From Patescibacteria group bacterium (GTDB taxonomy: Bacteria; Patescibacteriota; Minisyncoccia; Phycocordibacterales; UBA9973), in the NCBI GenBank assembly GCA_028868715.1, contig JAGWUB010000001.1, positions 1-51,479 on the forward strand: a stretch of DNA of 51,479 nucleotides, given 5' to 3'. The translations under genes were made by a program, and so were the position numbers. The notes under the pieces are model-generated. The model made no database searches. It worked only from the letters and a program-made list of their open reading frames with translations, and was not told the DNA's origin. Positions 1 through 9,738 of the stretch are shown piece by piece (the stretch's first letter is position 1; the number at the start of each line of letters is the position of its first letter).

Positions 1-1236
<1,236 letters not shown>

Positions 1237-1435
1237 TTTGAAAATCACAATCCATACATTACATATGGATAAAACAAATCCTTTTAATTCAACTGTTTAT
1301 CTTGACCGCTCAAGCAATTAAATAAAAGAATTTTTCTTGTCTCCAAAAAGACCCAATCACGCTAAACGTGAAAAGAAATGGGACAAGAATTCAATTTTCA
1401 AAGTATCATTCGTGCTGCAGCCCCAAACTCTAGGG

Positions 1436-1462
1436 CAAACAAAAAACCGCCTTTTGGCGGCT
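1436..1462 (-). terminator. Intrinsic terminator-like hairpin (ccgcc/ggcgg) with U-run on the minus strand
   Basis: Minus strand reads 'agccgccaaaaggcggttttttgtttg'. It lies between the membrane-protein gene and the 23S 5' end. Confidence 0.55.
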
Positions 1463-1551
1463 CTGACAGACAAAAGAAAAAGTCTGTTAGGGCCTACCTT
1501 TTAAACTGTTTCTTGTAATATTCATACTGATAGAACTATATTATATTAAAG

Positions 1552-1595
1552 CAAAAAAGAAGTCAAGCTTTATTCAAGCTGGACTTCTTTTTTGA
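1552..1595 (-). terminator. Bidirectional intrinsic terminator-like hairpin downstream of CDS 1622..2317
   Basis: 'aagaagtcaagctt-tattc-aagctggacttctt' forms a ~12-bp stem with one G-U/mismatch. It is flanked by an A-run on the left and a T-run on the right. Confidence 0.6.
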
Positions 1596-1621
1596 GACAA
1601 AGCCAAAATTATATAGAAATA

Positions 1622-2317
1622 TTAGCCTCGGCGAGACATTTCTTCTCCAAGTTTTGCGATAAATCTCGTAGCTGCGTCTTTGCCACCCAAGCCAAAAGCT
1701 AGAGCGCCTCCAAGCGCAAGCATTGCAATTACTCCAGTGAAAAGAACACTCATGTAGTATTCTGCTACTCCGAGTTGACCGAGCGCAATGATGAAAGCGA
1801 AGATCCAGATAATATACTTTGCGACAGCGCCGAGCATATTAGCTGAAGTTAAATTCATAGATTTTGCGGAAGCGACAATAGTCTTGGAAAGGAATTCAGA
1901 TAGAACTGTAGCTATGATCAAGATGAAAGCAGCCACGATTACTCTAGGTAAAAATCCTAACACACTGTATTGCAAGAAAGATGAGATATCATTCAAGCCT
2001 ACCAAGTTGAGTGAAGGAAGAAGGAAAACAACAATCACAAACCACTTCACAACTTGCCCAACAAAGTATCCAGTGTTGAGAGTCATTCCAGCCTTTTTAA
2101 ATAATTCGTTTGCTCCAATAGATCTAAAGAGACTGTCTATTTTCAAAGCAGTAAAAACTTGCTCCAAGGCCTTAGCAATCAACGACCCCAAAACCCAACC
2201 GATTATAAAGAAAACTACTGCAATGATAAACCTTGGGGCAAACTGAACCAAGCCCCACCACAAACTCTGAAGTGATGAATTAAAAACGTCACCCCAGGTA
2301 AGCCAAATGTTGTTCAT
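1622..2317 (-). CDS. Multi-pass membrane protein with repeated TM-helix pattern (mechanosensitive-channel-related family suspected, function unassigned)
   Basis: ORF track 1622..2347 starts at TTG. I prefer the in-frame ATG at 2317 (MNNIWLTWGDVF...). The product has several long hydrophobic segments. The plus-strand ORF 1788..2246 is its antisense shadow. Confidence 0.6.
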   Translation of the reverse strand: MNNIWLTWGDVFNSSLQSLWWGLVQFAPRFIIAVVFFIIGWVLGSLIAKALEQVFTALKIDSLFRSIGANELFKKAGMTLNTGYFVGQVVKWFVIVVFLLPSLNLVGLNDISSFLQYSVLGFLPRVIVAAFILIIATVLSEFLSKTIVASAKSMNLTSANMLGAVAKYIIWIFAFIIALGQLGVAEYYMSVLFTGVIAMLALGGALAFGLGGKDAATRFIAKLGEEMSRRG

Positions 2318-2425
2318 AATAAATCCCGCACTAGGCGGATCCGCCAAGAAGCGGAAATTAATTAATAAAAACGTTAATAAATAAGAACCTTTTTAAGTTT
2401 CGACCTTATCAAAGTTATATTAGTA

Positions 2426-3028
2426 TTATACCAACTTTTGGACTTTTTTTAAGGCTTGTGTGGATAACTCTGAAAGCCCCTTGGTCTGCAAAATAACCTC
2501 ATGAGGGAAGTCTAAAATGTCCCGAACCAGCTTGTCGTACATATTTAGCCTATAAATAAACTCTTTAGTGTCAAAGGTGGCGTAGACAAGTTCGGTGCCA
2601 ATTTCGGCCTCAAGCTTACGAACCCCCTCTTCTATCTTGGTTCGTTTCATTTTATCGCCGACTATCAGTAGATCTACTCGGCTATCGTTGTTTTTAATAA
2701 AAATACCGGAAACCACGATAAGCTTGACTCGCCCAGCTTTCTTAAAGTTGTCTAAAACCGTTGTTTTACTTAGGCTATCAGAACCCACCAAAAGATCCTC
2801 AAATTCTCTCGCATATTTAAAAGCGGGGTTGAAAGACCATTCTAGTTTATGTTTTTTAATAAAATTAACAGAAGAAAGTAGTTTGAGCTCTTTGCGAACA
2901 ATATCAGGGCTGACTCGACTTCGTTTGATTACATCTTTATTTTTGAAGCTTTTACTTCTATTGAGTAAAAATAATCTCATTATTTTTATCCTGGCTCCAC
3001 TGCCCAATATTTTCCCTATGATTTCCAT
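2426..3028 (-). CDS. Hypothetical protein with N-terminal winged-helix-like DNA-binding region
   Basis: ORF track 2426..3052 starts at TTG. The ATG at 3028 gives MEIIGKILGSGARIKIMRLFLLN...VSPDIVRKELKLLSSVNFIKK, an ArsR/MarR-like wHTH pattern. The C-terminal ~110 aa are of unknown fold. No confident family call. Confidence 0.55.
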   Translation of the reverse strand: MEIIGKILGSGARIKIMRLFLLNRSKSFKNKDVIKRSRVSPDIVRKELKLLSSVNFIKKHKLEWSFNPAFKYAREFEDLLVGSDSLSKTTVLDNFKKAGRVKLIVVSGIFIKNNDSRVDLLIVGDKMKRTKIEEGVRKLEAEIGTELVYATFDTKEFIYRLNMYDKLVRDILDFPHEVILQTKGLSELSTQALKKVQKLV

Positions 3029-3063
3029 CCTTGTATTGTAATACTTTTTCAAAAAAAATCAAT

Positions 3064-3093
3064 AAAAAAACACCCAGTAGGGGGTGCTTTTTT
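3064..3093 (-). terminator. Intrinsic terminator after rplL
   Basis: Minus strand reads 'aaaaaagcaccccctactgggtgttttttt', with stem caccc/gggtg and a U-run, 15 nt after the rplL stop. Confidence 0.65.
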
Positions 3094-3107
3094 AAGGATA
3101 ATAAGGC

Positions 3108-3479
3108 TTATTTCAAATCTACCTTTCCTCCAACCTCTTCAATCTTTTTCTTGAGTTCCTCAGCTTCAGCTTTCTTCAAACCTTCTTTTAGGGTTGATGG
3201 AGCAGCGTCTACCAAGTCTTTAGCGTCTTTTAGACCCAAACTTAGAACTTCTTTTACTATTTTCATCACCGCGATCTTTTGCTCACCAGCTGATGTTAGT
3301 ACAACAGCGAAAGTGCTTTGTTCATCGGCTGCAGCTTCACCTCCTGCGGCTGCACCTCCTACGGCTGCTACAGCTGCAGCAGACACTCCAAACTTTTCCT
3401 CGATCGCCTTGACCAGATCATTCAGTTCTAAAACTGATGCTCCTTCAAGGTCTTTCATAAATTGATCAAATTTTGACAT
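3108..3479 (-). CDS. rplL: 50S ribosomal protein L7/L12
   Basis: The 123-aa product has the typical architecture: an N-terminal dimerisation helix ([16 protein letters not shown]), an Ala/Gly hinge ([18 protein letters not shown]), and a C-terminal domain ([24 protein letters not shown]...[17 protein letters not shown]). Confidence 0.97.
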   Translation of the reverse strand: MSKFDQFMKDLEGASVLELNDLVKAIEEKFGVSAAAVAAVGGAAAGGEAAADEQSTFAVVLTSAGEQKIAVMKIVKEVLSLGLKDAKDLVDAAPSTLKEGLKKAEAEELKKKIEEVGGKVDLK

Positions 3480-3504
3480 AATTTTTATATTTAATTAATA
3501 ATTT

Positions 3505-3987
3505 CTACTTAGTCTTGGCTACCTCATTTACCGAGATTGCCAAGCGCTGAATAGGGCTCTTGAGCAAGAAAGCGATTTTGGATAGTAATACTTCCCTACT
3601 TGGGATAGTAGCTATCTCCATCATCCTCTCACCGCCAATAAATTTACCTTCAAAAATTCCACCCAAAATGCTAAGCGCACCTTTGTGAGTTTTTTGAAAA
3701 TTATAAATTTCACGTGGACTTGCTATCTCGTCTTTAGAATAGGCGATAGCAACTTCACCTGTGAGTTCTGGAATTTCACCCTCAGCTTTCCCTTTCAATG
3801 CGCGAGCAAGCAAAGTCTTTCGAGACACTCTGTAGTTCACTCCTTCTTTTCTCAAGTCTCGTCGTAGCGCAGTTTCATCGCTTACTTTCAAGCCATGAAA
3901 ATTTACGAAGACTAAAGATTCAGAACTTTTAATAGCTCCTTCTAGATCTTTGATGATTTCTTCTTTTTTTGATTTAATTAATGCCAT
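3505..3987 (-). CDS. rplJ: 50S ribosomal protein L10
   Basis: The product MALIKSKKEEIIKDLEGAIKSSESLVFVNFHGLKVSDETALRRDLRKEGVNYRVSRKTLL... is L10-like and sits immediately upstream of rplL. The ORF track starts at GTG 4062, but the first 25 codons lie in the structured leader. I use the ATG at 3987. Confidence 0.9.
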   Translation of the reverse strand: MALIKSKKEEIIKDLEGAIKSSESLVFVNFHGLKVSDETALRRDLRKEGVNYRVSRKTLLARALKGKAEGEIPELTGEVAIAYSKDEIASPREIYNFQKTHKGALSILGGIFEGKFIGGERMMEIATIPSREVLLSKIAFLLKSPIQRLAISVNEVAKTK

Positions 3988-4140
3988 ATTTTTTGTTGTA
4001 TAAATTAAAAAACGGCTTTCGCCGCAAGTTTTCCTCCACCCTATGGTAAAGTATCGACCCACTAAACAGGACTTAATCAGATAAACTATCTGCGCCTATT
4101 TTCTCTGCGGTATACCTCCACACTTATGATTAAGTTGTGA
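3988..4140 (-). promoter_or_regulatory. Candidate rplJ (L10) 5' leader with attenuator-like hairpin
   Basis: This ~150 nt is GC-richer than its surroundings. It ends in 'gcggc-gaaa-gccgt' plus 'ttttttaattt' (about 4005-4026, minus strand), about 20 nt before the rplJ ATG. L10 leaders with attenuators are known in other bacteria. Homology was not tested, and the hairpin could instead terminate the upstream small genes. Confidence 0.4.
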
Positions 4141-4186
4141 TGGTATTGTCACTATAGCACAACTACGCTATTTTGCAATATTAGAA

Positions 4187-4336
4187 TTAACAATCCTTCG
4201 AAGTACAATCTGGTTTTGATAAGTTTACCTGATCCCCTCCCTTATCAAAGTAAGCCACTAGAAAAACTCCGACTAGTCCGATAATTATCATCCCTACAAA
4301 GAGGCCGAGAACTTTAAAAAAATGTTTTGTGATCAT
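4187..4336 (-). CDS. Possible 49-aa single-TM small protein
   Basis: Hand-translated as MITKHFFKVLGLFVGMIIIGLVGVFLVAYFDKGGDQVNLSKPDCTSKDC*. It is below the ORF-track cutoff and starts 10 nt after the previous small ORF. No other support. Confidence 0.3.
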   Translation of the reverse strand: MITKHFFKVLGLFVGMIIIGLVGVFLVAYFDKGGDQVNLSKPDCTSKDC

Positions 4337-4345
4337 AAGTGATTT

Positions 4346-4531
4346 TTAATAATACCCAGTCATTAATAAGATAATTAAAAGCAGAATTAACAGCAATAGC
4401 GTCGAGTACCAATAATCCCAGTGGATATTTCTTTTTTTAAAAAATTCCACCAAAAGCTTGTTTGCTTCTTGGAATATGTAAAGTGGCAACAAGGCTATGA
4501 AGTACCAAATTTTAAAGATAATCTCAAACAT
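4346..4531 (-). CDS. Possible 61-aa two-TM small membrane protein
   Basis: ORF track only. The product has hydrophobic N- and C-terminal segments and no recognisable family. Confidence 0.4.
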   Translation of the reverse strand: MFEIIFKIWYFIALLPLYIFQEANKLLVEFFKKRNIHWDYWYSTLLLLILLLIILLMTGYY

Positions 4532-4598
4532 GTCTGTAGTATAACATAGAATAAATTGTGAGCTTGTGTATTTACCATCAAAGTCTTATAGTAATAAC

Positions 4599-5906
4599 AT
4601 GAAAAACAGGGCGCGAATAATACTTTTACTCCTTGGTGATATTATAGCCCTAACTTTGGCATTCTGGGCAATGCTCTATATTTCCTTCCTAGGAAGATTA
4701 GACCAGAAAATAATAAATTTACACCTTATGCCATTTTTGTTTCTAGGGATATTGTGGATTCTTATATTTTTTATGTTTAATCTATATAATACTCAATCTG
4801 CCAAACCCACGATTCCTAATCTAAAACAGATATTTCTAGCTTTTATTGTAGCTTCAGTGTTAGGAGTAATTTTTTTTTATACAATACCATTTTGGAGCAT
4901 AGCACCTAAAAAAAATCTATTTATTTTCGCAACTGTTGCAATACTATTTTTCATCTTATGGCGAAGGATTTTTTATAATATTTTTTCATATTATTTTAGA
5001 AAAAATGTTGTTTTTATAATAAGCAATATAGACAATAATCTTTATGTTAGAGATTTAATTGAATACATTTCCACTTATCCGCAATCGGGATTTTTCATCA
5101 CTGGAAAATATAGCTCCATAGAACAATTTTCGAAAGAACATAAAAACATTCCTCAAGTTTTCATTATTGCAAAAGAGGTGTGGAGAAATTCTGAAAATTT
5201 TAAAAAATTAAGTGATACGCATAGTCAGATTTTAGACCTGGCGCAAGCTTATGAGGATATCTTAGGCCGCATTCCTATTGAAACAATTGATGAAAGTTGG
5301 TTTATACATAACATAAATTCTTACCAAGAAGATACCATAAACATTAGTACGAGAATTTTTGGTATTTTAATTGCAAGCTTAATATTAATTATTACCTCTC
5401 CACTGCTGTTGATAGTAAGTTTACTTATAAAAATATATGACAGGGGGCCTATTTTCTACACACAAAATCGTGTAGGTAAAAACGGTAAAAATTTTAAATT
5501 ATATAAGTTTCGTTCAATGATTATAAATGCAGAAAAAAATGGACCAGAGTGGTCAAATAAAAAAGATTATAGAGTTACCCCTATTGGGAAAATACTTAGA
5601 AAACTTCATTTTGATGAAATCCCACAAATGTGGAATATTATCAAAGGAGATATAGCCCTTGTGGGCCCAAGGCCAGAGCGTCCAGAGTTTGTATCAGAAC
5701 TTGAAAAAGAAATACCTTTTTATTATTTACGTCACACAATAACTCCAGGTTTTACTGGTTGGGCTCAAATAAAATTCCGTTATGCTGGAAATATAATGGA
5801 CTCAAAAGAGAAATTTGAATACGATTTATATTATTTAAAAAATAAAAATATTTTTATGGATTTCGGTATTTTAGTTCGCACGATACAAATTATTTTTTTT
5901 CACTAA
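4599..5906 (+). CDS. Polyprenyl-phosphate sugar-1-phosphate transferase (WbaP/WcaJ-type 'bacterial sugar transferase')
   Basis: An N-terminal multi-TM region is followed by the conserved C-terminal catalytic domain (LIKIYDRGPIFYTQNRVGKNGKNFKLYKFRSM...DEIPQMWNIIKGDIALVGPRPERPEF...GFTGWAQI). The ORF track starts at GTG 4566; the ATG at 4599 (MKNRARIILLL) is preferred. Confidence 0.9.
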   Translation: MKNRARIILLLLGDIIALTLAFWAMLYISFLGRLDQKIINLHLMPFLFLGILWILIFFMFNLYNTQSAKPTIPNLKQIFLAFIVASVLGVIFFYTIPFWSIAPKKNLFIFATVAILFFILWRRIFYNIFSYYFRKNVVFIISNIDNNLYVRDLIEYISTYPQSGFFITGKYSSIEQFSKEHKNIPQVFIIAKEVWRNSENFKKLSDTHSQILDLAQAYEDILGRIPIETIDESWFIHNINSYQEDTINISTRIFGILIASLILIITSPLLLIVSLLIKIYDRGPIFYTQNRVGKNGKNFKLYKFRSMIINAEKNGPEWSNKKDYRVTPIGKILRKLHFDEIPQMWNIIKGDIALVGPRPERPEFVSELEKEIPFYYLRHTITPGFTGWAQIKFRYAGNIMDSKEKFEYDLYYLKNKNIFMDFGILVRTIQIIFFH

Positions 5907-6675
5907 TATGCTGTGCAACATATTTATGATATTGTTTTAAAACCTCTTCAGTAGGTCCAAATGAAGCAATAGATCCATTTACTAAAAGAATTGTCTTGTG
6001 GCAAAGTTTCTCAATTAAAGGTAAATCGTGCGAAACAACAATAATAGTACGTCCTTTTTGAGTCATTAATTCTTGCATTTTTTTAAAACTTTTTTCTTGG
6101 AACTCCAGATCGCCCACTGACAATACTTCATCAAGAATTAAAATATCAGCATCAAGATGGGCGGCAATTGAAAAACCAAGTCGCACAAACATACCACTAG
6201 AATACTGCTTAACAGGCATATCAATAAATTTACGTAATCCAGAAAATTCAACTATATCTTCAAATTTATTATCAATATCTTTTTTAGTCATTCCAAGAAT
6301 AACTCCATTAAAATATATATTTTCCCTACCAGAAAGTTCCATATGGAAACCAACTCCAACTTCAAGCAAACTGCTTGTTTTACCTCGTAAAATTATTTTT
6401 CCTTCAGATGGATAAGTAACGCGTGAAAGAATTTTTAAAAGAGTACTTTTGCCCGCACCGTTGGGACCAATAATACCTATTATTTCACCTGGAGCAATAG
6501 AAAAGGAAACTCCGTCCAATGCCGTAAAATTTTCTATTTGTATCTCTTTATTATTTTTAATAAAAAAATAATAAAAAAATTTAACTATGACATCTCTAAA
6601 AGAATTATAAACAGGTGCATTTTTTAAAAATACATATTTTTTACTTATATTTAATACTTCAATAGCTGGTTTCAT
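5890..6675 (-). CDS. Polysaccharide/teichoic-acid ABC exporter, ATP-binding subunit (Wzt/TagH-like, no C-terminal glycan-binding domain)
   Basis: Motifs present: Walker A GPNGAGKST, signature YSSGM, Walker B ILILDE, H-loop VSHD. It lies directly downstream of the ABC-2 permease gene. Confidence 0.9.
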   Translation of the reverse strand: MKPAIEVLNISKKYVFLKNAPVYNSFRDVIVKFFYYFFIKNNKEIQIENFTALDGVSFSIAPGEIIGIIGPNGAGKSTLLKILSRVTYPSEGKIILRGKTSSLLEVGVGFHMELSGRENIYFNGVILGMTKKDIDNKFEDIVEFSGLRKFIDMPVKQYSSGMFVRLGFSIAAHLDADILILDEVLSVGDLEFQEKSFKKMQELMTQKGRTIIVVSHDLPLIEKLCHKTILLVNGSIASFGPTEEVLKQYHKYVAQHISEKK

Positions 6676-6677
6676 AA

Positions 6678-7508
6678 TTAAATAATATCGGAAAATTCCC
6701 GCTCAAGTTGATTGAAGGTTAAAAAACCGATAACAAGAACTGCCATGCTTACAATTATTGCTAAATAAACTTCATTCCAAATAATTACCTTCATACCAAC
6801 CAGTGAAGATTGTACGCTATCGATAATACCAGTTAGTGGATTAAAAACGAGAAATCTACCAAAATGTCTCGGCACATGTCTAAATGTATAAATTACTGGT
6901 GATAGAAAGAAAAGTATTTGTATAAAAAATGGTAATATATAGCGAACATCACGATATTTCACATTTAATGCACCTAAAAATAGACCAAGGCCGAGACCTA
7001 TAACAACAGTAAGAATTAAACCAAAAATTAACATCAAAAAAAATATACCGGTAAATGGTATCCCGTATATCAAAAATACAATAACTAAAATAACCAACAT
7101 AAACAAAGCATCAAAAAGACTAACGGCCGTGGAGGCTAATGGAATTAAAATATTCGGAAAATAAATCTTTTGGATAATATGTTGATTACTAATAAGACTG
7201 TTTCCCACAGTTGTAATAATATTTGAAAATAAAAGCCAGAAAAAAATTCCGATAAAAGCCAGCACTGGATAAGGTATTCGGGACTGATTATTGTCTCCAA
7301 GAGAACTAAAAATAAAAGAAAAGATTAGTACTAAAAGTGTTGGTTGAATTATAACCCACAAAACTCCAAAAAAGGTTTGTTTATAACGAACCTTAACATC
7401 GCGCCATATAAAAAAATAAAGAAGTTCTTTAAAGCTAATAACCTCTTTAAATCTCTGGAATATACCTCTTTTTTGACTTGAAATAATTATTTCCATAAAC
7501 AAGTTCAT
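6678..7508 (-). CDS. ABC-2 type polysaccharide exporter permease (Wzm/TagG-like)
   Basis: The 276-aa product has ~6 TM segments and an ABC-2 family N-terminus (ELLYFFIWRDVKVRYKQTFFGVLWVIIQP). It is adjacent to the ATPase gene. Confidence 0.85.
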   Translation of the reverse strand: MNLFMEIIISSQKRGIFQRFKEVISFKELLYFFIWRDVKVRYKQTFFGVLWVIIQPTLLVLIFSFIFSSLGDNNQSRIPYPVLAFIGIFFWLLFSNIITTVGNSLISNQHIIQKIYFPNILIPLASTAVSLFDALFMLVILVIVFLIYGIPFTGIFFLMLIFGLILTVVIGLGLGLFLGALNVKYRDVRYILPFFIQILFFLSPVIYTFRHVPRHFGRFLVFNPLTGIIDSVQSSLVGMKVIIWNEVYLAIIVSMAVLVIGFLTFNQLEREFSDII

Positions 7509-8332
7509 TATACACCTTTATCACCAAAAAAAAATATTTTACTCTTATAAAGAAATTTATTCATAGATAAAGAATTTGGCATAATATACAAAATTAAAAA
7601 AGAAAAACTCTTAATAATAAGTGCAAAAAAATATCCAGAGTAATCCTTTTTAAATTTTTTAATTATTTTTATACTGTCTTGAATCCGAATAATTCTCCGT
7701 TCTTTTATTTTAGTATTAGAAAAATATATATAAGTCGAATGTTCAGATAAATTTGTAAATTTACCTAATTTCCCCAAACTAAGCCATAAATCATAGTCTC
7801 CTGAAAGTTTTATGTTTTCTGAAAAACCACCTAATTTTTTTGCTTCATCTTTACGAAAAACAACAGTAGAAGAAATGAAAGGATTATCAAAAAGTATTTT
7901 TTTTCTAATAACAGAATCTTTAAGAGTTATTCGTGATGAAAATAGTATTTTCCCAAATTCATCTACAAAATTGGCATTCGTTCCAATAAGTAAATAATTA
8001 TCATTAAAATCTAAAAATGAAACTTGTTTTTTTAATTTATCTTTATCAATCCAATAATCATCATCGTCAAGCCTCGCAATATATACTCCGTTTGCTTGAA
8101 ATAAACCATAATTTAATACTGCTTGTAAATTTCTTTTTCCATTAAAATTTATATATCGTATCCTACTATCCTTAGATTGCCAATTTTCTATTAATTCACG
8201 GGTTGTATCTGTTGAATGATCATCAATTATTAAACATTCAAAATCTTTAAAGGATTGTTCAATAACACTAACTACTGCCCTATTTAACAATAGGGCTCTA
8301 TTATGAGTTGGTATAATAATGCTTACTTTCAT
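7508..8332 (-). CDS. Family 2 glycosyltransferase
   Basis: VSIIIPTHNRALLLNRAVVSVIEQSF...LIIDDHSTD...ARLDDDDYW shows the GT-A fold with a DxD motif. Confidence 0.9.
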   Translation of the reverse strand: MKVSIIIPTHNRALLLNRAVVSVIEQSFKDFECLIIDDHSTDTTRELIENWQSKDSRIRYINFNGKRNLQAVLNYGLFQANGVYIARLDDDDYWIDKDKLKKQVSFLDFNDNYLLIGTNANFVDEFGKILFSSRITLKDSVIRKKILFDNPFISSTVVFRKDEAKKLGGFSENIKLSGDYDLWLSLGKLGKFTNLSEHSTYIYFSNTKIKERRIIRIQDSIKIIKKFKKDYSGYFFALIIKSFSFLILYIMPNSLSMNKFLYKSKIFFFGDKGV

Positions 8333-8820
8333 GATATTTTGAAAAATTTTTTTATCTTAATAAACATTGTTTTAACATTATCATGTTTAAACATTTGTAA
8401 AACTAATTGGAAATACCACCAAATATGTGACAAAAATACCAATGCGAACCTTACCGGAAATTTAAAAAACAGTGGTAGTGAATATACAGTACTATAAAAA
8501 CGAATCGACGCATAAACACTAAAAGGATCCCACTGCTTGGATTCTAAAATTTCTATTTCAGAAGAAACATCTGCCCGTACACCAATTAATATACATCCTT
8601 TTCTATATGCTTCTTCAGCTATTTTACTATTACCATAACCAGAGACGAAAAAATATGTAGCTTTCTGGTATTCTTCTTGAAGCTCATTGATGGAAAGACC
8701 TTGTAGAGGTACAAAAACCCAAAATGGGTTACGATAAAACAATCGTAATACTCCATAACTAAACCATTCTGGATTAGATTGAATATAACAAACCCTTCTT
8801 TCTTCTCGTTTTATTTTCAT
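8329..8820 (-). CDS. Hypothetical protein, paralog A of a duplicated small membrane-tailed protein
   Basis: The first ~100 aa align readily by eye with the product of 9739..10278 (RRVCYIQSNPEW/RRVAYIISYPEW; WVFVPLQ/WIFVPVQ; YFFVSGYGN in both; GCILIGVRADVS/GCVLIGVRADVS; QWDP in both). The C-terminal tail is hydrophobic. Confidence 0.6.
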   Translation of the reverse strand: MKIKREERRVCYIQSNPEWFSYGVLRLFYRNPFWVFVPLQGLSINELQEEYQKATYFFVSGYGNSKIAEEAYRKGCILIGVRADVSSEIEILESKQWDPFSVYASIRFYSTVYSLPLFFKFPVRFALVFLSHIWWYFQLVLQMFKHDNVKTMFIKIKKFFKIS

Positions 8821-8829
8821 ACATAGTTT

Positions 8830-9735
8830 TTAAAAAGGAGTTGGAGCACCAAGAATTTTCAATGCTTCTTTGAGTTCTTTTTTTTGATTTAAATTATTGA
8901 AACGTAATGCAGTATCTCTAGCATTCTTGCGCAATTTTTCAAAAAGTTCTTTATCTTTTGATAAACGCTCAATGGCATCTGCAAGTCCTTGCCAATCACC
9001 ATCACGTACAACAAGTGAGTTATTTTCATTATTCATGTATTCTAAACCAGCTCCACCAGTAGTTCCAACGGGAACACTTCCAATTGACATTGCTTCAATC
9101 GGTGGCATAGGAAAAGATTCAGGATATCCAGTAATCATAGTTATACCGCAATCCTTCCATATATTTATAAGATCTTTTTCCGGAACTTCATCTGCACAAA
9201 ACCAATTTATATCAATTCCCCGTTTTTTAAGTTCGTCTAAAGTTCGAACAGCTAACCCTAAATTTTTTCTTGGAAAATAAATACCTTTTTTGAGATCAAT
9301 ATTTTTAGATGGAAAAAATAAATTCGTATCTACTGTTGGATGAACTATAGGCCCGTCTTCTCCGACTTCAGCATAATATCTTTTACGATTCCATTCACTA
9401 TTGAATATTACCGCGTCAGCTCCTTGTTCTTTATAAGAAATAGGTTTTAAATTTTTATCCCTTTCGATATAGGTAGGTGATTGATAATAAACTACATTAA
9501 AACCTTTTACTTTCCCTATCCAACCAAAAGATACTTCACAAACTATAACTAAGTCTGCTTCTTGAACTGATTTTATTGGGACATTAATATCAAGCCATTC
9601 TGGTGCAGAGCCATTAGAAAATTCTATTGAGGTATCGTAACCTAAATCTTGCAGCACCTCTGCCATACGGATCATTACTTTCCCTCCTCCGTTAACCTTT
9701 CCCGCATTATTTGGTAATATTATATGTGCTTTCAT
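8830..9735 (-). CDS. GT-B fold glycosyltransferase (GT4/GT1-like, short)
   Basis: The C-terminal domain carries a retaining-GT motif region (GYPESFPMPPIEAMSIGSVPVGTTGGAGLEYM...NSLVV). At 301 aa it is short for the family. Confidence 0.8.
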   Translation of the reverse strand: MKAHIILPNNAGKVNGGGKVMIRMAEVLQDLGYDTSIEFSNGSAPEWLDINVPIKSVQEADLVIVCEVSFGWIGKVKGFNVVYYQSPTYIERDKNLKPISYKEQGADAVIFNSEWNRKRYYAEVGEDGPIVHPTVDTNLFFPSKNIDLKKGIYFPRKNLGLAVRTLDELKKRGIDINWFCADEVPEKDLINIWKDCGITMITGYPESFPMPPIEAMSIGSVPVGTTGGAGLEYMNNENNSLVVRDGDWQGLADAIERLSKDKELFEKLRKNARDTALRFNNLNQKKELKEALKILGAPTPF

Positions 9736-9738
9736 GTT

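Noticed and set aside
1788-3465. Plus-strand ORFs 1788..2246, 2595..3041 and 3031..3465
   Set aside because: They are antisense shadows of well-supported minus-strand genes (the membrane protein, the wHTH protein and rplL). Their products are low-complexity with no family resemblance. The same reasoning applies to the other opposite-strand ORFs nested in recognisable genes throughout the track, for example 8897..9280, 12904..13308, 21769..22086, 33897..34352, 43513..43950 and 50551..50910.
3988-4062. 25-codon N-terminal extension of rplJ from GTG 4062
   Set aside because: The extension (MGRYFTIGWRKTCGESRF...) covers the leader hairpin and U-run and is not L10-like. ATG 3987 gives a canonical L10 N-terminus.
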